Made by a program: the position numbers and the translations under genes | Part shown: positions 13,431 through 25,601 of the stretch, piece after piece | How positions within the stretch are numbered: the first letter of the stretch is position 1 | How the letters are laid out: each line of letters starts with the position of its first letter | The notes under the pieces: generated by a model | The model's input: only the letters and a program-made list of their open reading frames with translations | What the model was told of the DNA's origin: nothing | The model's database searches: none | Assembly: GCF_006345805.1 (NCBI RefSeq) | Contig: NC_043013.1 | Location: forward strand, 32,178,001-32,242,000 | Length of the DNA stretch: 64,000 nt | Direction of reading: 5' to 3' | From: Octopus sinensis | Taxonomy: Eukaryota

Positions 13431-13504
13431 GTTAATGCGCGCTCATCACCCGTCCCTTTATTCTAAATAGCAAGCATCTGACTTACCCTGTTGTTTTAAT
13501 ACAC

Positions 13505-13615
13505 GCAGGCATAGCTGTGTGGTAAGAAGCTTGCTTCCCAACCACATGGTTCCGGATTCAGTCTCACTGCGTTGCACCTTGGGCAAGTGTCTTCTACTCT
13601 AGCCTCGGGCCCGTC

Positions 13616-13620
<5 letters not shown>
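13505..13620 (+). mobile_element. SINE family B, 5' part
   Basis: gtaagaagcttgcttcccaaccacatggttccgg...ctcgggcc. Confidence 0.8.
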
Positions 13621-13663
<43 letters not shown>

Positions 13664-13759
13664 CTGGCCTTGTATATACATTGGAATCCCCCATACAGAC
13701 TATTATATTTTGTGGGGTGTACATTATGTCTGTATGCGTAAATGAAAATATTTATAACC

Positions 13760-13793
<34 letters not shown>

Positions 13794-13802
13794 TCATTTC
13801 AT

Positions 13803-14193
13803 TTTGCCTACAGGGGGATAAACATAGAGTGGACAAACAAGGACAGACAAAGGGATTAAGTCGATACATCGACTCCAGTGCATAGTTGGAACGTGTTTAA
13901 TTGTCCCTGAAAGGATGAAAGTCAAAGTTGACCTCAGAATGTAACTGCAGACGAAATACCTATTTCTTTACTACCCACAAGGGGTTAAACACAGAGAGGA
14001 CTAGGACTAACAATGACAAAGAGATTAAGTCGATTATATCGACCCAGGGCGTAACTGGTACTTATTTAATCGAACCCGGAAAGGATGAAAGTCAAAGTCG
14101 ACCTTGGCGGAATTTGAACTCAGAACGTAGCGGCAGACGAAATACCGCTGAGCATTTCGCCCGGCACGCTATCAATTCTGCCAGCTCGCAGCC
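13803..14193 (-). mobile_element. SINE family A, dimeric (duplicated core plus linker)
   Basis: Two gaaaggatgaaagtcaaagt cores separated by the cccacaaggggttaaacacagagagg linker. Confidence 0.8.
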
Positions 14194-14841
14194 CTTAGAC
14201 AGACAAATATTACACTGTATACTGTTCCATTATTGGTGGAAAAAGAGGAAAAAATGTACATAGAATTCAAATGGGAGCTACAAAGTTTCACGCTTAGTCG
14301 GACGAACTCGTATAGAGTGGCACTGTACTATCAGATATTCATTTGGCCTGGAAATACAAGGCTGCTCTCTGAGAAAAAGCGAGAAAGTATGAGAAAAAAA
14401 AAGAGGGAACACGTGTGAATAAAAAAGTAAGCGAGATAAAAAAAAAAAAAGCATGAAAGAAGATAAGAGATGTGCCTCTTTGACTCGTTAGAATGGGAAT
14501 CAACAATGGTTCGTGTGGTTAAATAAAAGAGGTAAGGTTAAAGTTTATATGTGTATGTGTATATTACTATGTATTATCTTGTCTTGAACATTAGACTATA
14601 AAGAAATAAGCATTCTGAATAAACGCAAAATTTATTGGATTGAATTGAACTGAAATATTCCAAAGAATCATCAAGCGGATATGGCAGCTACAATTCTGCG
14701 CTGGTCGCTCATCTATGCAGCAGTTCCCATGTTGGCGCGTAATTGGTATTTTTGATAATGATGCCAGTGATGTTAAACAGTAGTAGCATCACTTTCTTTT
14801 TTGGTGGCGGGGGGGGGCAAGTAAAGGTTGTGATTACTCAC

Positions 14842-14886
14842 GTAGTAGTTATAGCAGAAAGGGGGGGGTCGGTAACAGTGAGATGT
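14842..14886 (-). other. Candidate 45-nt exon
   Basis: CTAAC branch-like motif, tatttctttcag acceptor and gtgagt donor; two open frames. Confidence 0.25.
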
Positions 14887-16006
14887 CTGAAAGAAATAGT
14901 GCTTACAGATGTAACGGAGATGTTAGTTTTTTTTTTGCTTTAGAGTTGTTGGTTTTGAGTTTTTCTTTCTCTTTTTTTTTTCTTCCACTATCAAACACGC
15001 TATATTCTTTATGGATCATTTAAGAAAACGGTCTCCGAATCCAAGGCTGAGGAATTATAGGAATTACAGAGAGATTTTTTTTTTCTTGATTTCTTCTAAA
15101 GACTGGAAAATATTTGTGATGCTTTGATACTGTAATATTCTCAAAGATATTCTGCATTTTTATTTGATTTGATTTCCTATGATTTTTCGGTGAATATCAC
15201 CAGATTTTCCTTCGCTTGTAAATTTTTATACTAATACCAACCGAGCTGTTACGCACAGATTCTTTTCATCTCGTTTATGCATTTTATTTATTTATTTTTT
15301 GTGGGTATAGAGACCAAAGTATATATTATCCTAATTTCTCCCAATCTATCTATGCACGCGTTTTTATCAACGTTATTATTTCTTAATGTTTACTTTTTAG
15401 GAGAATCATTTGTTTGTTTTTTGTTGCTTTATTTTCCTCCCCATATATATACATATACATATATATATATATACATATATACATATATATATATATGTGT
15501 GTGTCTGTGTGTAGGCAGATAGGTAGGTAGGAATGTATGTATGTATTTGCATTTGTGTTTATGATAACTGTATGGAACAGGAGACAAAATTGTCTGCGAA
15601 GTAAATCCCTGAAACGGTTTCGACCTGTTGTTGTGGTACCTTCAACTCAAGTATACCATTAATACGGTAGGGAAGCATATAAATTTCTAATTTGATTCCC
15701 TACATGTTCTAATTCGCTGAGATTCGGCGGTAATATATTAATAGATATATATATATGATCAAACATTTTGACACCCGATTTATCAAACGCACACATTACA
15801 GTTATATTTCATGGTTGTATTGGCATGTTATTGACGTTCGATATCGATTGTAGGCCAAGAAGAAGAAGAAGAAGAGCGAGTTAATCCTAGCTTTTGACAC
15901 GTATGATATTTTATCGAGCCTGAAAGGATCAAAGATAAAGTTCGCCATATTGGGATTTATGCACTGATCGCAAATGGCCCAACTAAATAGCACAAAGCTT
16001 CTTTGG

Positions 16007-16049
<43 letters not shown>

Positions 16050-16198
16050 TGGTGAAAACTTTCATCGAACTAGCAAGGAGTCCTAAATCAACATCTGAAT
16101 GGCACTGGAGGAGAAATACAAAATTAATTCCTCTATAGTTTGCCCAGCAAAAATACAAGGCTTTTTGATCTATCCTCTGCCATAGACTAGTTACTCAC

Positions 16199-16299
16199 CT
16201 GAATACACAGTGACATATTAACAGGCGTGGAAATGTTGTTAAGAAAGTAGAAACGGCTGTATAAACATAGCTACTGGTGAACAGAGTTATTATAGAAAT
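16199..16299 (-). other. Candidate exon
   Basis: ttgtcatcattttccag acceptor and CAG|gtgagt donor; one open frame. Confidence 0.2.
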
Positions 16300-17347
16300 C
16301 TGGAAAATGATGACAACAAAATTTTAGTAGTGCAGAGATCGGTTAACGAAAAGAAATTGATAGTATACCGCGCTCTTGGATCTTGAAGGCGTGCTATACT
16401 AAGAGGCCTCAGTATTAAGAACATATATCAACCGTATTATGATGAAACAGAAGATAGCCATTTCACTTCAAAGCAATGAGAATATTTATATACCAGCCCC
16501 ATATCCATAAGAATCTTGCAGTGAGATTCCTTGTCTCTCCACTCTTTTGTTGAATATAAAGAAGTGATAATATACAGCTGGAGTTGTACATAGATGTAGC
16601 CACAACTTAAAAATGAATAATGAGTATGAGATTCGAGAAATGAACAAAAGCTGCTATAAGACGTGCCAAATAAACTAAAAGTGCAACTTTGAATTAGATG
16701 AAATTAGCGGTAATCATAAAATTAGGGAAAAGGAAATGGAAAATGAAAATAGGTGGAACGATGATAATGATATATATAAAGTTGTAAGTAGACAAAAGAA
16801 GTGACAAGAAGAAGCGACTAGAAGCATCTTGAAGTAATTAATAACTATCGAGATCAAGAGGTCAAGGTGAATCAATATATATAGAAAGAGACTCATGCGT
16901 CCGTAACTTCAACAAGATAAAAAATATGAAGATTGCAGCAAGTTGGTCTTGAATAACTTTGTAACAGTTCCAGAGACACGCAGTCATTGACCCTGTTACT
17001 GTTAAGTAGAGAAATGTGTTTTGACATCTCAGTATATAATTTTTTTTTTAAATGAACGCAACATATTTGTGCTTACGTGATCAGAGATATATATAATATG
17101 GTTCTTCAGAGATGTGATAGCGTTTTTTTATATTTTCAACACAATATCTTGGAGCAATGCTAGACAAATACAACTCGAAAGTGTGAATTAATATATGTAT
17201 GGATGTATATAGATAGATAGCTATACATACATGTACTTACAGATATACATATAATACATATATACGTATATATATATATATATATATATGTCTGTCTGTC
17301 TGTATGTATGTATATATATGTCTGTAATATATATATATATATATATA

Positions 17348-17650
17348 TTATATAAAATCCGTTCTGTCTGTCTCTGTGTATGTCTTCTAGGATATCGGGC
17401 ATCCTCCATCCGATTGCGCTCAAATTTGATATGTAGATACCGACGGTATTAGGGCGTGTATGGCTTGAAAAACTTACAAAAATCGATTTCAGGTGAGAAT
17501 GCGATCGATAAAGCCGTGGGAACGTGCATTTGTACGCACAAGTACATCAGCTGTTGCAATCGATACTACGCGTATGCGAGAAAAATTCACATGCAGTTTG
17601 CGCAAAAAAATCATCATGCTTTTCCATCTAGATTTACCTCCAGTTAACCC
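17348..17650 (+). mobile_element. Helitron/Helentron (HINE/DINE-1-like) non-autonomous element, tentative
   Basis: tatataaaatccgttctgtctgtct...ccatccgattgcgctcaaatttg layout (GTCT microsatellite followed by a ccgatt...aaatttg core); the 3' boundary is not identified. Confidence 0.4.
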
Positions 17651-18052
17651 ATTTGCACACATCGGTTTTGTCCTGCTTTTCTTCCGTCAACCTGTACATA
17701 ACTGCACATTCCATTTTTTGTTGTTTTTGTACTGCTTAAAGGCACGTTTCTTTCCTACCAAGCTGACTGTTTAAACCATGTGTGTGTTCTCCCAGTCAAC
17801 AGCCTTATCATTACTGGTAATTTAAACTCTTCGGTTGCATATTTGTGTGAATAAAATCGTTTTTCTTTGTAATAGAAAAAAAGTCTCTCTGTATTTCTTC
17901 TTTTTCTGGTGTCTCAAACTTAGGTTAAATCAGTGTTTCTCAAAGGGGGGGCCTATGGGACGGTTGGACAAGTTGTTTTGAGAAAACTTGGCTTAAATGT
18001 TTGACAACTCAGCACCGTCCATTGGACGGTGGTGGTTTTGCTCGTATGTATG

Positions 18053-18092
<40 letters not shown>

Positions 18093-19117
18093 TACATATA
18101 TATAATACAAAGGCAGGATACAATATGTACCTGTTTGCTTAAAAGAAGAGTTAAAACCCTTCAAAACCACTCATCTCTCACTATATGTAAACACGCACGG
18201 AGAATTTAGCAAATATATTTCTCCGAAATAGTCCTCCCACTTGTAACATACATTTAGTAAGATAAGATCATAGACAGCCTTGTATCAAATGATTTCGCTT
18301 TCTGTGTCGAACCAACACTTAAAGCTCATAGGCTTACTACATAAACTATTTCAAAACACAAATTAACTTCTCTGTACGCGTTGTTCAATTGAAGGCCCCG
18401 CAACTTCCAAACGAACGTTAGTAAGCAAGCATGAATTTAAGATTCAAATAAGTTATCATTATCTATAAAAATAATGATAAAGTGGCCAACAAACATAATT
18501 CAAATAAACAATATACATAATAAAAAGTCAGGATATATATATATATACTCATACATAAACATATACATATATACATATATATATATATTAACCTATATTT
18601 AAATATATAAACCTATAAACATAAACATATTTATGCATATTTATGTGAGTGTAGTGCGTGTGTTTGTACGTAGTTTAAACTGCCTGAAACTTTAAATACC
18701 CACATGTGAGCCACACTTAACATATAATTTATACCACCAAAAGACATAATGATAGGTTAACGTCTGAGAAAAATGTTTCTCACACGCCGGCATTCATTTT
18801 TGTTTACGTTATATATATATATATATACATGTATATATCAAAGTAATCTGAAAGTCCTTCCCGAGCCTTACGCCCATAAGGTCGGTGTTCTCGACTGTAT
18901 GCTTTGTATATTCCGCACCACCCCCTGGACGGGACACATCTCCGTCGCAGTATTACACATTTTTGTGGGCTAAGGGAGCTGGAGCAACAATGCATCACCT
19001 GGTCTAGAAATCGAAACTGCAATCTAGCGATTATGCGTACAACACCTTAACCCCTAAGCCATGAGTTTCCACATATATATTTCTCTCCCTCTCTCTCTTT
19101 CTATGTATATATATGTA

Positions 19118-19161
<44 letters not shown>

Positions 19162-19165
<4 letters not shown>

Positions 19166-20270
19166 CTTGGCCAAAATTATGAAGCAGGTATGAAAAACCA
19201 GAGAATATGATTGAAACTCATTCACTTAATAATTGAAAATTATGTAATAAACATTCTAGAGTCTATCGCATCAATAATTAATATTTCATGTGTCCTCATT
19301 TTGCTTTTATAATCGCTTTTATGCATTTCTGCATTGGTGAGACTAAATTGGCGCAAGTGGCCGGGTCAATTTCCTACCACTCTTCATGAATTTTGGCTTC
19401 TTCACTTTTTCAAGAACATTTGTGCACTCTAAATTTTGTACCTAAGTGTCACCACAAATGTTTGATGGGATTGAAGACTGGAGACTGATGGGGAGTATTT
19501 CATCATCCTCATCGCTTTCTCCTCTAACCAACCCATTGAGACTTTGGATGTGTGACATGGAGCATTGTCTTGTTGAAAGATTAAGCTGTCCGGGATGGCA
19601 TCATTGGAACTTTTAGCTAATGAAGGTTGATAAACTTGATCTAAGATGCTGGTCTAAGCGTCGGAATTCATTTTGCACTCACAAGTGAATAACATTCCTG
19701 GGCCTCGAGACGACATGCAGCCCCAAACTATTACGCTTCCTCTTCCAAATTTGACTCTTGGGACCACACATTCAGGATGATAACCATCCCCAGCTCTGCG
19801 GCGAACAAATACAGCTCCTGGTGTTCCAAAAGATTTGGTGAGAAAGAAATTTAGGGATCATTTTTGGTATGCATTAAAAAATTCGTATAAGTGTAAGAAT
19901 TTCTATTATGCCTAGTAATGTGGGGGAAATGAATGTGGAGAACCTACATTAGTAACCTTCTTCTGACTGTGCGAGTTGATATATCCATTTTTTGCCACCC
20001 GAAACACAGCAGCTACATCAAAAGAGAGGTTTTTTTCTTATCCGCCAGAGATGGCCTCTTCAGCAACCTGTCTTCCGTTGTAGTTGTACACTTTTGGCGA
20101 CCTCGTATTTTATAGTTTTTGAAAGAAGTGTATTCATTGTACCTTTTGATGGACACTTTTTCTTGAGCATTTCGGTTTCCTTGCAGTTTCAACTTTAGAG
20201 AATCCTTCCCTGGAAAATGCAATGATTTGATCCCTTTCGGCTTCAGAAATCTGTTTTTCGGAGACATTTT
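19162..20270 (-). mobile_element. Tc1 (DD34E-type) transposon, decayed transposase plus one TIR
   Basis: GRQKCTTTTEDRLLKRPSL, STRTVRRRL, VKFGGGSVIVWGCMS, FQQDNAPCHTSK, QSPVFNPIKHLW and the GHMKY* end (stop 19278-19280); TA|CAGACTTGGCCAAAATT TIR at 19162; several stops and frameshifts. Confidence 0.88.
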
Positions 20271-20696
20271 CAACAAATAATTGAAACATATGTAGGAACT
20301 AAATAAATTATACTTGTGTTTATCTATTCTATGTGTGTGTATGTGCGTGTGTGTGTGTGTATGGGTGCGTGTGTGCGTATGTGTGTAGGTGTGCGTGTGA
20401 GTGTGCGCGCACGTGCAAAATTAACAGGAATAATACCACGAGCAGTAGCTAAGAGGAATTGTAGTTATTAGGTTCGCGTGGTTAGGTTCACGTTCTAACG
20501 GACGTAGGAATGCCTTTGATGTTTCTTTTTTGAAGCGACAGAGAGAAATGGAATGAAAAAAAAATGGAAGCGAAAGAGAAATGCATCTTAATTGACTTCA
20601 AACAATGTTATGTATCTATATGTGTGCATTCGTGCGTGTTCGCGTACGTATGTTTGCGTCTACATTCTACATATATTTATATATACGTATACATGT

Positions 20697-20699
<3 letters not shown>

Positions 20700-20774
<75 letters not shown>
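20700..20774. repeat. (GATA)n microsatellite
   Basis: Direct reading. Confidence 0.96.
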
Positions 20775-21195
20775 GTATCGTTTAACTTCGTTTACGGGAA
20801 ACAGTCTAATGATGCCAACTGACGGTATCAGTTTTCGGGTCGCACCGAGCTGTGCCGATATAATGTAGGATAGATATAGTAATAACAATAATAATGCATG
20901 GATGGAACTTATAAATGCTATTTCACCCGAAGAAATGAATGCATGAACAAGATGTACCCGATGTCCATGGATACTATAGTCTGATCTGTATTCGATGCAG
21001 GAATACGGACTATGATCTTAAGAAACATATGATTTGTGGAAACGCGCGTAGCAATGCATTAAAATATCTATAAATCCCATCCAAGTATTATTATTCTTAT
21101 TACAACATATATATGTGTATGTGTGTTTGTGTTTTGTTTGTCTACGGGTGTTTATGCATACATACACAAGCGCACGCACATGTACATATATGTAT

Positions 21196-21360
21196 TACGT
21201 TCTGAGTTCAAATTCCGCCGATATCGACTTTGCCTTTCATTCTTTCGGAGTCGATAAATAAAGTACCAGTTTCCAACTGGGGTCGATGTAATCGACTTAA
21301 TCCCTTTGTCTGTCCTTGTTTGTCCCCTCTATGTTTAGCGCCTTGTGGGCAGTAAAGAAA
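21196..21360 (+). mobile_element. SINE family A core plus linker
   Basis: acgttctgagttcaaattccgccga...ttaatccctttgtctgtccttg. Confidence 0.82.
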
Positions 21361-21537
21361 TATATATACAGAGAGAGAGAGACAGATCTTTTAGGAGTAA
21401 TGGAGCCTGAAGCACATAAAGTTATAATCAATATACTTATATATGCGCGTGTGTTTGTAAAAATATCGGTAGACTAATAGTATATTAACATATATAGATA
21501 GATGAATAATTAGACATATTAAAAAAAAGATATATAT

Positions 21538-21575
<38 letters not shown>

Positions 21576-21748
21576 ATAATAAAATATTAGGGAATAAATC
21601 CAAACTTACAAATTAACTTTTTTAATAATTTTGATATATATTTAAATAATATAAATTAATTAATCTTATGTATTGGCTTAAGTTTTTCATTGTATGATGT
21701 GCCTAATAGTGGTTTTATCTCTAATTTAATATAATATATATATATATT

Positions 21749-21781
<33 letters not shown>

Positions 21782-22237
21782 TATATACATACACACATCT
21801 ACTTACAGTCAAAGTAAGACAAATTTTCAGTAAGCTTCAGTGACATTAGAAGTTTTAGTCAGTAGAAATGTTAAAATCTAAAGTTATTGCTCTGGTTCCG
21901 AAAAGAGTATTTTTTGAAGCATACGTGACGAAATATCTGAGAAAGTGAAAGTGTGAATATAGTAGCGACATCTTATTCACGCTTATTGAAAATGAAATTT
22001 TAAAATATATTATCCCGTATAAGCACATTCATCAGAAAATATATAATATATTTCCTTTTGATAGATTTTTCAATTTATCAAGTGACACGATGTCTATGGA
22101 ACTGGAAAATTAAAACATCGACATTTCAAAACTCAAAAATAGTTTTAATCAATAATCCCCATTAATCAACAGTCTTTGTTAGAGGGATAGAAAGCCTCAC
22201 CGTGGTCGCAGGATCTGTTAGAAATAGTAACTTAATC

Positions 22238-22668
22238 GGATTTTTTCGGTTTGAACGGCAGTTTTTTTTCTAGCGATGTCACACGAAATTGTCACCCATA
22301 ATTATGACCCTAGTATCGATCTATTGCATTTCAAACTGTTTTAGGGTTAGGGTTAGTTAGGGTTAGGATTAGGGGTGGGGGAAGGGTATCTTTTTTCTTC
22401 ACAAATGTAAATAAACCCAATCTTCTTAAGCGAGGGACATATTCATACGGCACAAAATGTTTTTTACCTCAATAGACGTCAGTGATTGGTTGAAACTGCA
22501 GAAATTGAAGAAAAAACAACAACAAATATCTTACAAACTATAGAATTTTCTCAATAAAGCCAAGAGAAAAAGATGTTTTATAAATACATTCTACCAGTAT
22601 ACGAAGTTTAAAATTTTTTACTTACCTAGAAATTATGATAAAAACTGCCGTTCAAACCGAAAATATCG
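22238..22668 (+). mobile_element. ~430-bp non-autonomous TIR element (MITE) with internal TTAGGG-like repeats
   Basis: TIRs ttcggtttgaacggcagtttt / aaaactgccgttcaaaccgaa; related copies at 36391-37201 and 38233-38450. Confidence 0.85.
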
Positions 22669-23332
22669 TAAACCAAAGGAAAGGTATATTACGCATTGTA
22701 CTCCGATAGAGTTAACTCATTCACTCGACACATTAGTCTCTTTTTCGTGTCTGGTAACCATCAACGGAGTGGATTTGGCCTTTAAACACTATGTTGGTTA
22801 TATAACACTATAAAAGCTGTGATTCACTTGCTAAGACACAAAATAGAGCCCATTTCGAACGGTAATGCTGTTGCAGACACCCACGCACCCCACCTACATA
22901 CATTCTAGACAGCTTTCAGGAAAAAAAGGCCATTCCAACGCAAACGGCATAAAGTCACTCACAGGTCAGTCACAAGTGAAATAACTCTTATCTTAAGCTT
23001 GTTCGATTAGGATTTACCAGAAAGGGAGTATTCACAAAGTGCGTGGCACGATTATGTATATCACGCATTTCTCTTAATTAGATGAAGGACCTCAAACCAA
23101 TAAAAATATCAATGCACGTACGTAAATATGTAGAGTTGCTCACTTTTTAGTGCCAGCAACTTAATTTACATCCACTCCATATTTGGTACTTTGTTTCGTA
23201 TACACTTCTCCATAGACATCAACTAGAAACCATTTGAATGAATGAAATGGGCACAGTAAAGGGAATAGATGCTGCATGAATGAAACTGGCATTGAATGAA
23301 TGAAGCAGCTACTACAAGAATGAAATAATCAC

Positions 23333-23420
23333 ATTAATAAAAAAGCAAATTTCGTCGCTGTTGAATTATATGCATATCTGCGTATATAATTCAATAGCGA
23401 CTAAATTTGCTTTTTTTAAT
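23333..23420. repeat. Short imperfect palindrome
   Basis: aaaagcaaattt.gtcgctgttgaattatat / atataattcaatagcgac.aaatttgctttt. Confidence 0.75.
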
Positions 23421-24075
23421 TATATATTTTATTGTTTACTGCTTTAATTAAATTTGATATCTTTTCTATCTTTTAAGGCAACCTATTTTGTGCTTTGGTA
23501 TGCAAAAATTACTGTAAATTTTATGCAAGAAGGAATTTCGATTCGAATACTTCTCGGAAATATTTAAGAGATGCAATATCGAAGGTAAATTAAAAAGCGT
23601 TTTCTGTAAAATCTTCAGAAATTTAGTAATTCTGTTATAATGTGGATCCTCGTCAACTTGTATGTTACTGACGGCACTGTGCTCTTCTTGCCGTCACTGT
23701 TATGTTGTGGCGGTATTCCGCGTCTTATCTTTGACTCGTCTATCGCTGAGAGCTCCGCAAGACAATGACTTTGAAACATCTAACTTGACCGTAACTCGAA
23801 CTCGTATATATCACGTAACTGACACTGACTTCAACTGAAATTTCTTAGAACGACTCTACTACTACTGATTTCTTTATTTGGCAACACGGCCACTAACACA
23901 GAGAGGGACACTACAAGGACAGACACAACACCACAGTGGGGACATAAAACATAAAACGAATTAGAATGAATGTTATATAAAAGTGGAAAAAATGAAATGG
24001 CTGCATGTACCATTTGAACGTTTTTACACACTATTTACAATCGTTCTATTTTGTCTATTTTTTTTTTTCTTAATC

Positions 24076-24196
24076 ATCTTTTTTCCTCTTTGTTTTCCAT
24101 TAAAACACTTTTACTTTTTACTTTTTTTCTTTCAACATCTTTTTTTCCTCTTTGTTTTCCATTAAAACACTTTTACTTTTTACTTTTTTTCTTTCC
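24076..24196. repeat. ~61-bp tandem duplication in the 3' UTR of the ORF1-like element
   Basis: catctttttt...cctctttgttttccattaaaacacttttactttttac occurs twice. Confidence 0.9.
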
Positions 24197-24199
24197 ATT

Positions 24200-25601
24200 T
24201 TAATACCTCATGTAAGGCTCCACTTCTCTGAGTTCAACTATTAGTGACAGTTCATCGAACGCCACCAACATCCCGGAAAGGTCAATCTTGTTTCCGCGTA
24301 TGTCTGCTAATCTATTGTATGTGTCTTTGTCGACCACAATGACCTTTATATTTCTGAGTATACATCCGTGGGTAACATCACTCTTATGATATGCTTGAAT
24401 TTTACAATTTTTCTTTCCACCTCTTTGTTTTTTTGCATATGTTACGAAGTACCATTTATTTTTTCCTCTTCTTGGTTTTCTCATTTTTACTTCTATTTCT
24501 GGTACTTTTTCCTTTTCTGTCTCTACTCTGAACAATTTCTCTATTTCACCCTCATATAGTTGCACTCCTGAATTTTTCTCCTTCGCTAAATTAACCGACA
24601 TCTTCAACACTGTTTCCTCTTTCTGTAACTCATTCTCACACACCATCCCAATTATTTTTTCACTTTCTTTCTCCACCACCTTTTGTCTTCCTTCTGGTCG
24701 CATCTTTCATTTCCACATCTTCTTTCTTCTTTTTCTGGTTACCTGGTGGCGGGCTCACTCTTCTACTTCTCCTTCGTTTTCTTTCCACAACCGTGAATCC
24801 CTCCTCCGTTGTATTTTCTTCCATCTCCACCTGTACTGCCTGTTCCGCACTCTCCTGCTTCTCCATCTGTCCTCTCTGTGGGCACCTCGCCTTCATATGG
24901 CTTTTCTCCCCACATTCAAAACATACATGCAGCCTGCCCTCTACCTTCACTCTTAATCTAAAGTCATCGGGTAGCACTATCTCTTCAGCAATCCGATTCA
25001 AAGCTTCTATTGTTGCCTGGATAGTGAGCTCGATTCCGTATCCCCAGTAGTTCATTCTATTAATCCTTGTGGCCCTCAATATCTTGGCCCCATCCTTCAT
25101 GTTGAACATTATGACTGTCATCAGCCATGCTTCTAGTTCTGGGGGTAATTTGCTTACTCGTACTCTGGCCACACGTTTGCCACAGTACGACGGCAAAAGT
25201 ACCTACTCCTCCGATCTTATTGCCTCCTTTGCGTGCTTGATTGCCTCTTCCTCTATCGCAAAGCGCACCTCCACGGTGGCATACTCCCTTCCTCTTGTTA
25301 TATAAGTTGTTAATTTTTTAATGCTTTTCAATACCTCTTCGATTTCCTCCACTGTCACAATCTCTATCTTTCTCGTTGCTATTTTCATTGTTTTATATGT
25401 AACTGTTCGTCTCATCACACTGTTTGTCAGCTCTGTAGGTGGCATCAACTTCAACATCTCTCCATCCTTCTCCAGCAACTTTTCACATCCCTTCATTTTC
25501 CTTGGTTCGACCTTAATTTCAATTATCTTCAACGTTTCCTCTTCTGATCATTTTCCAGTTGCGGCCGCATAACTTTGGCCGCTCGCTGGAGTTTTCTCCA
25601 T
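24200..25601 (-). mobile_element. Gag/ORF1-like pseudogene (CCHC zinc knuckle) of a non-LTR-type retroelement lacking ORF2
   Basis: ATG at 25601 (MEKTPASGQSYAAATGK). One frame runs to 24660 with two premature stops and includes CFECGEKSHMKARC (CX2CX4HX4C) and a K/E-rich linker; a frameshifted 167-aa continuation ends at 24200. No APE or RT follows. Confidence 0.7.

Noticed and set aside
16300-16700. Highly decayed RTE RT fragment
   Set aside because: The resemblance is too weak to support without alignment.
17905-17960. hAT TIR-like CAGTGTTTCTCAAA
   Set aside because: Only one short end; no partner TIR or TSD found.
22340-22382. True telomere or chromosome fusion site
   Set aside because: Only a few degenerate units, located inside a repeated TIR element.
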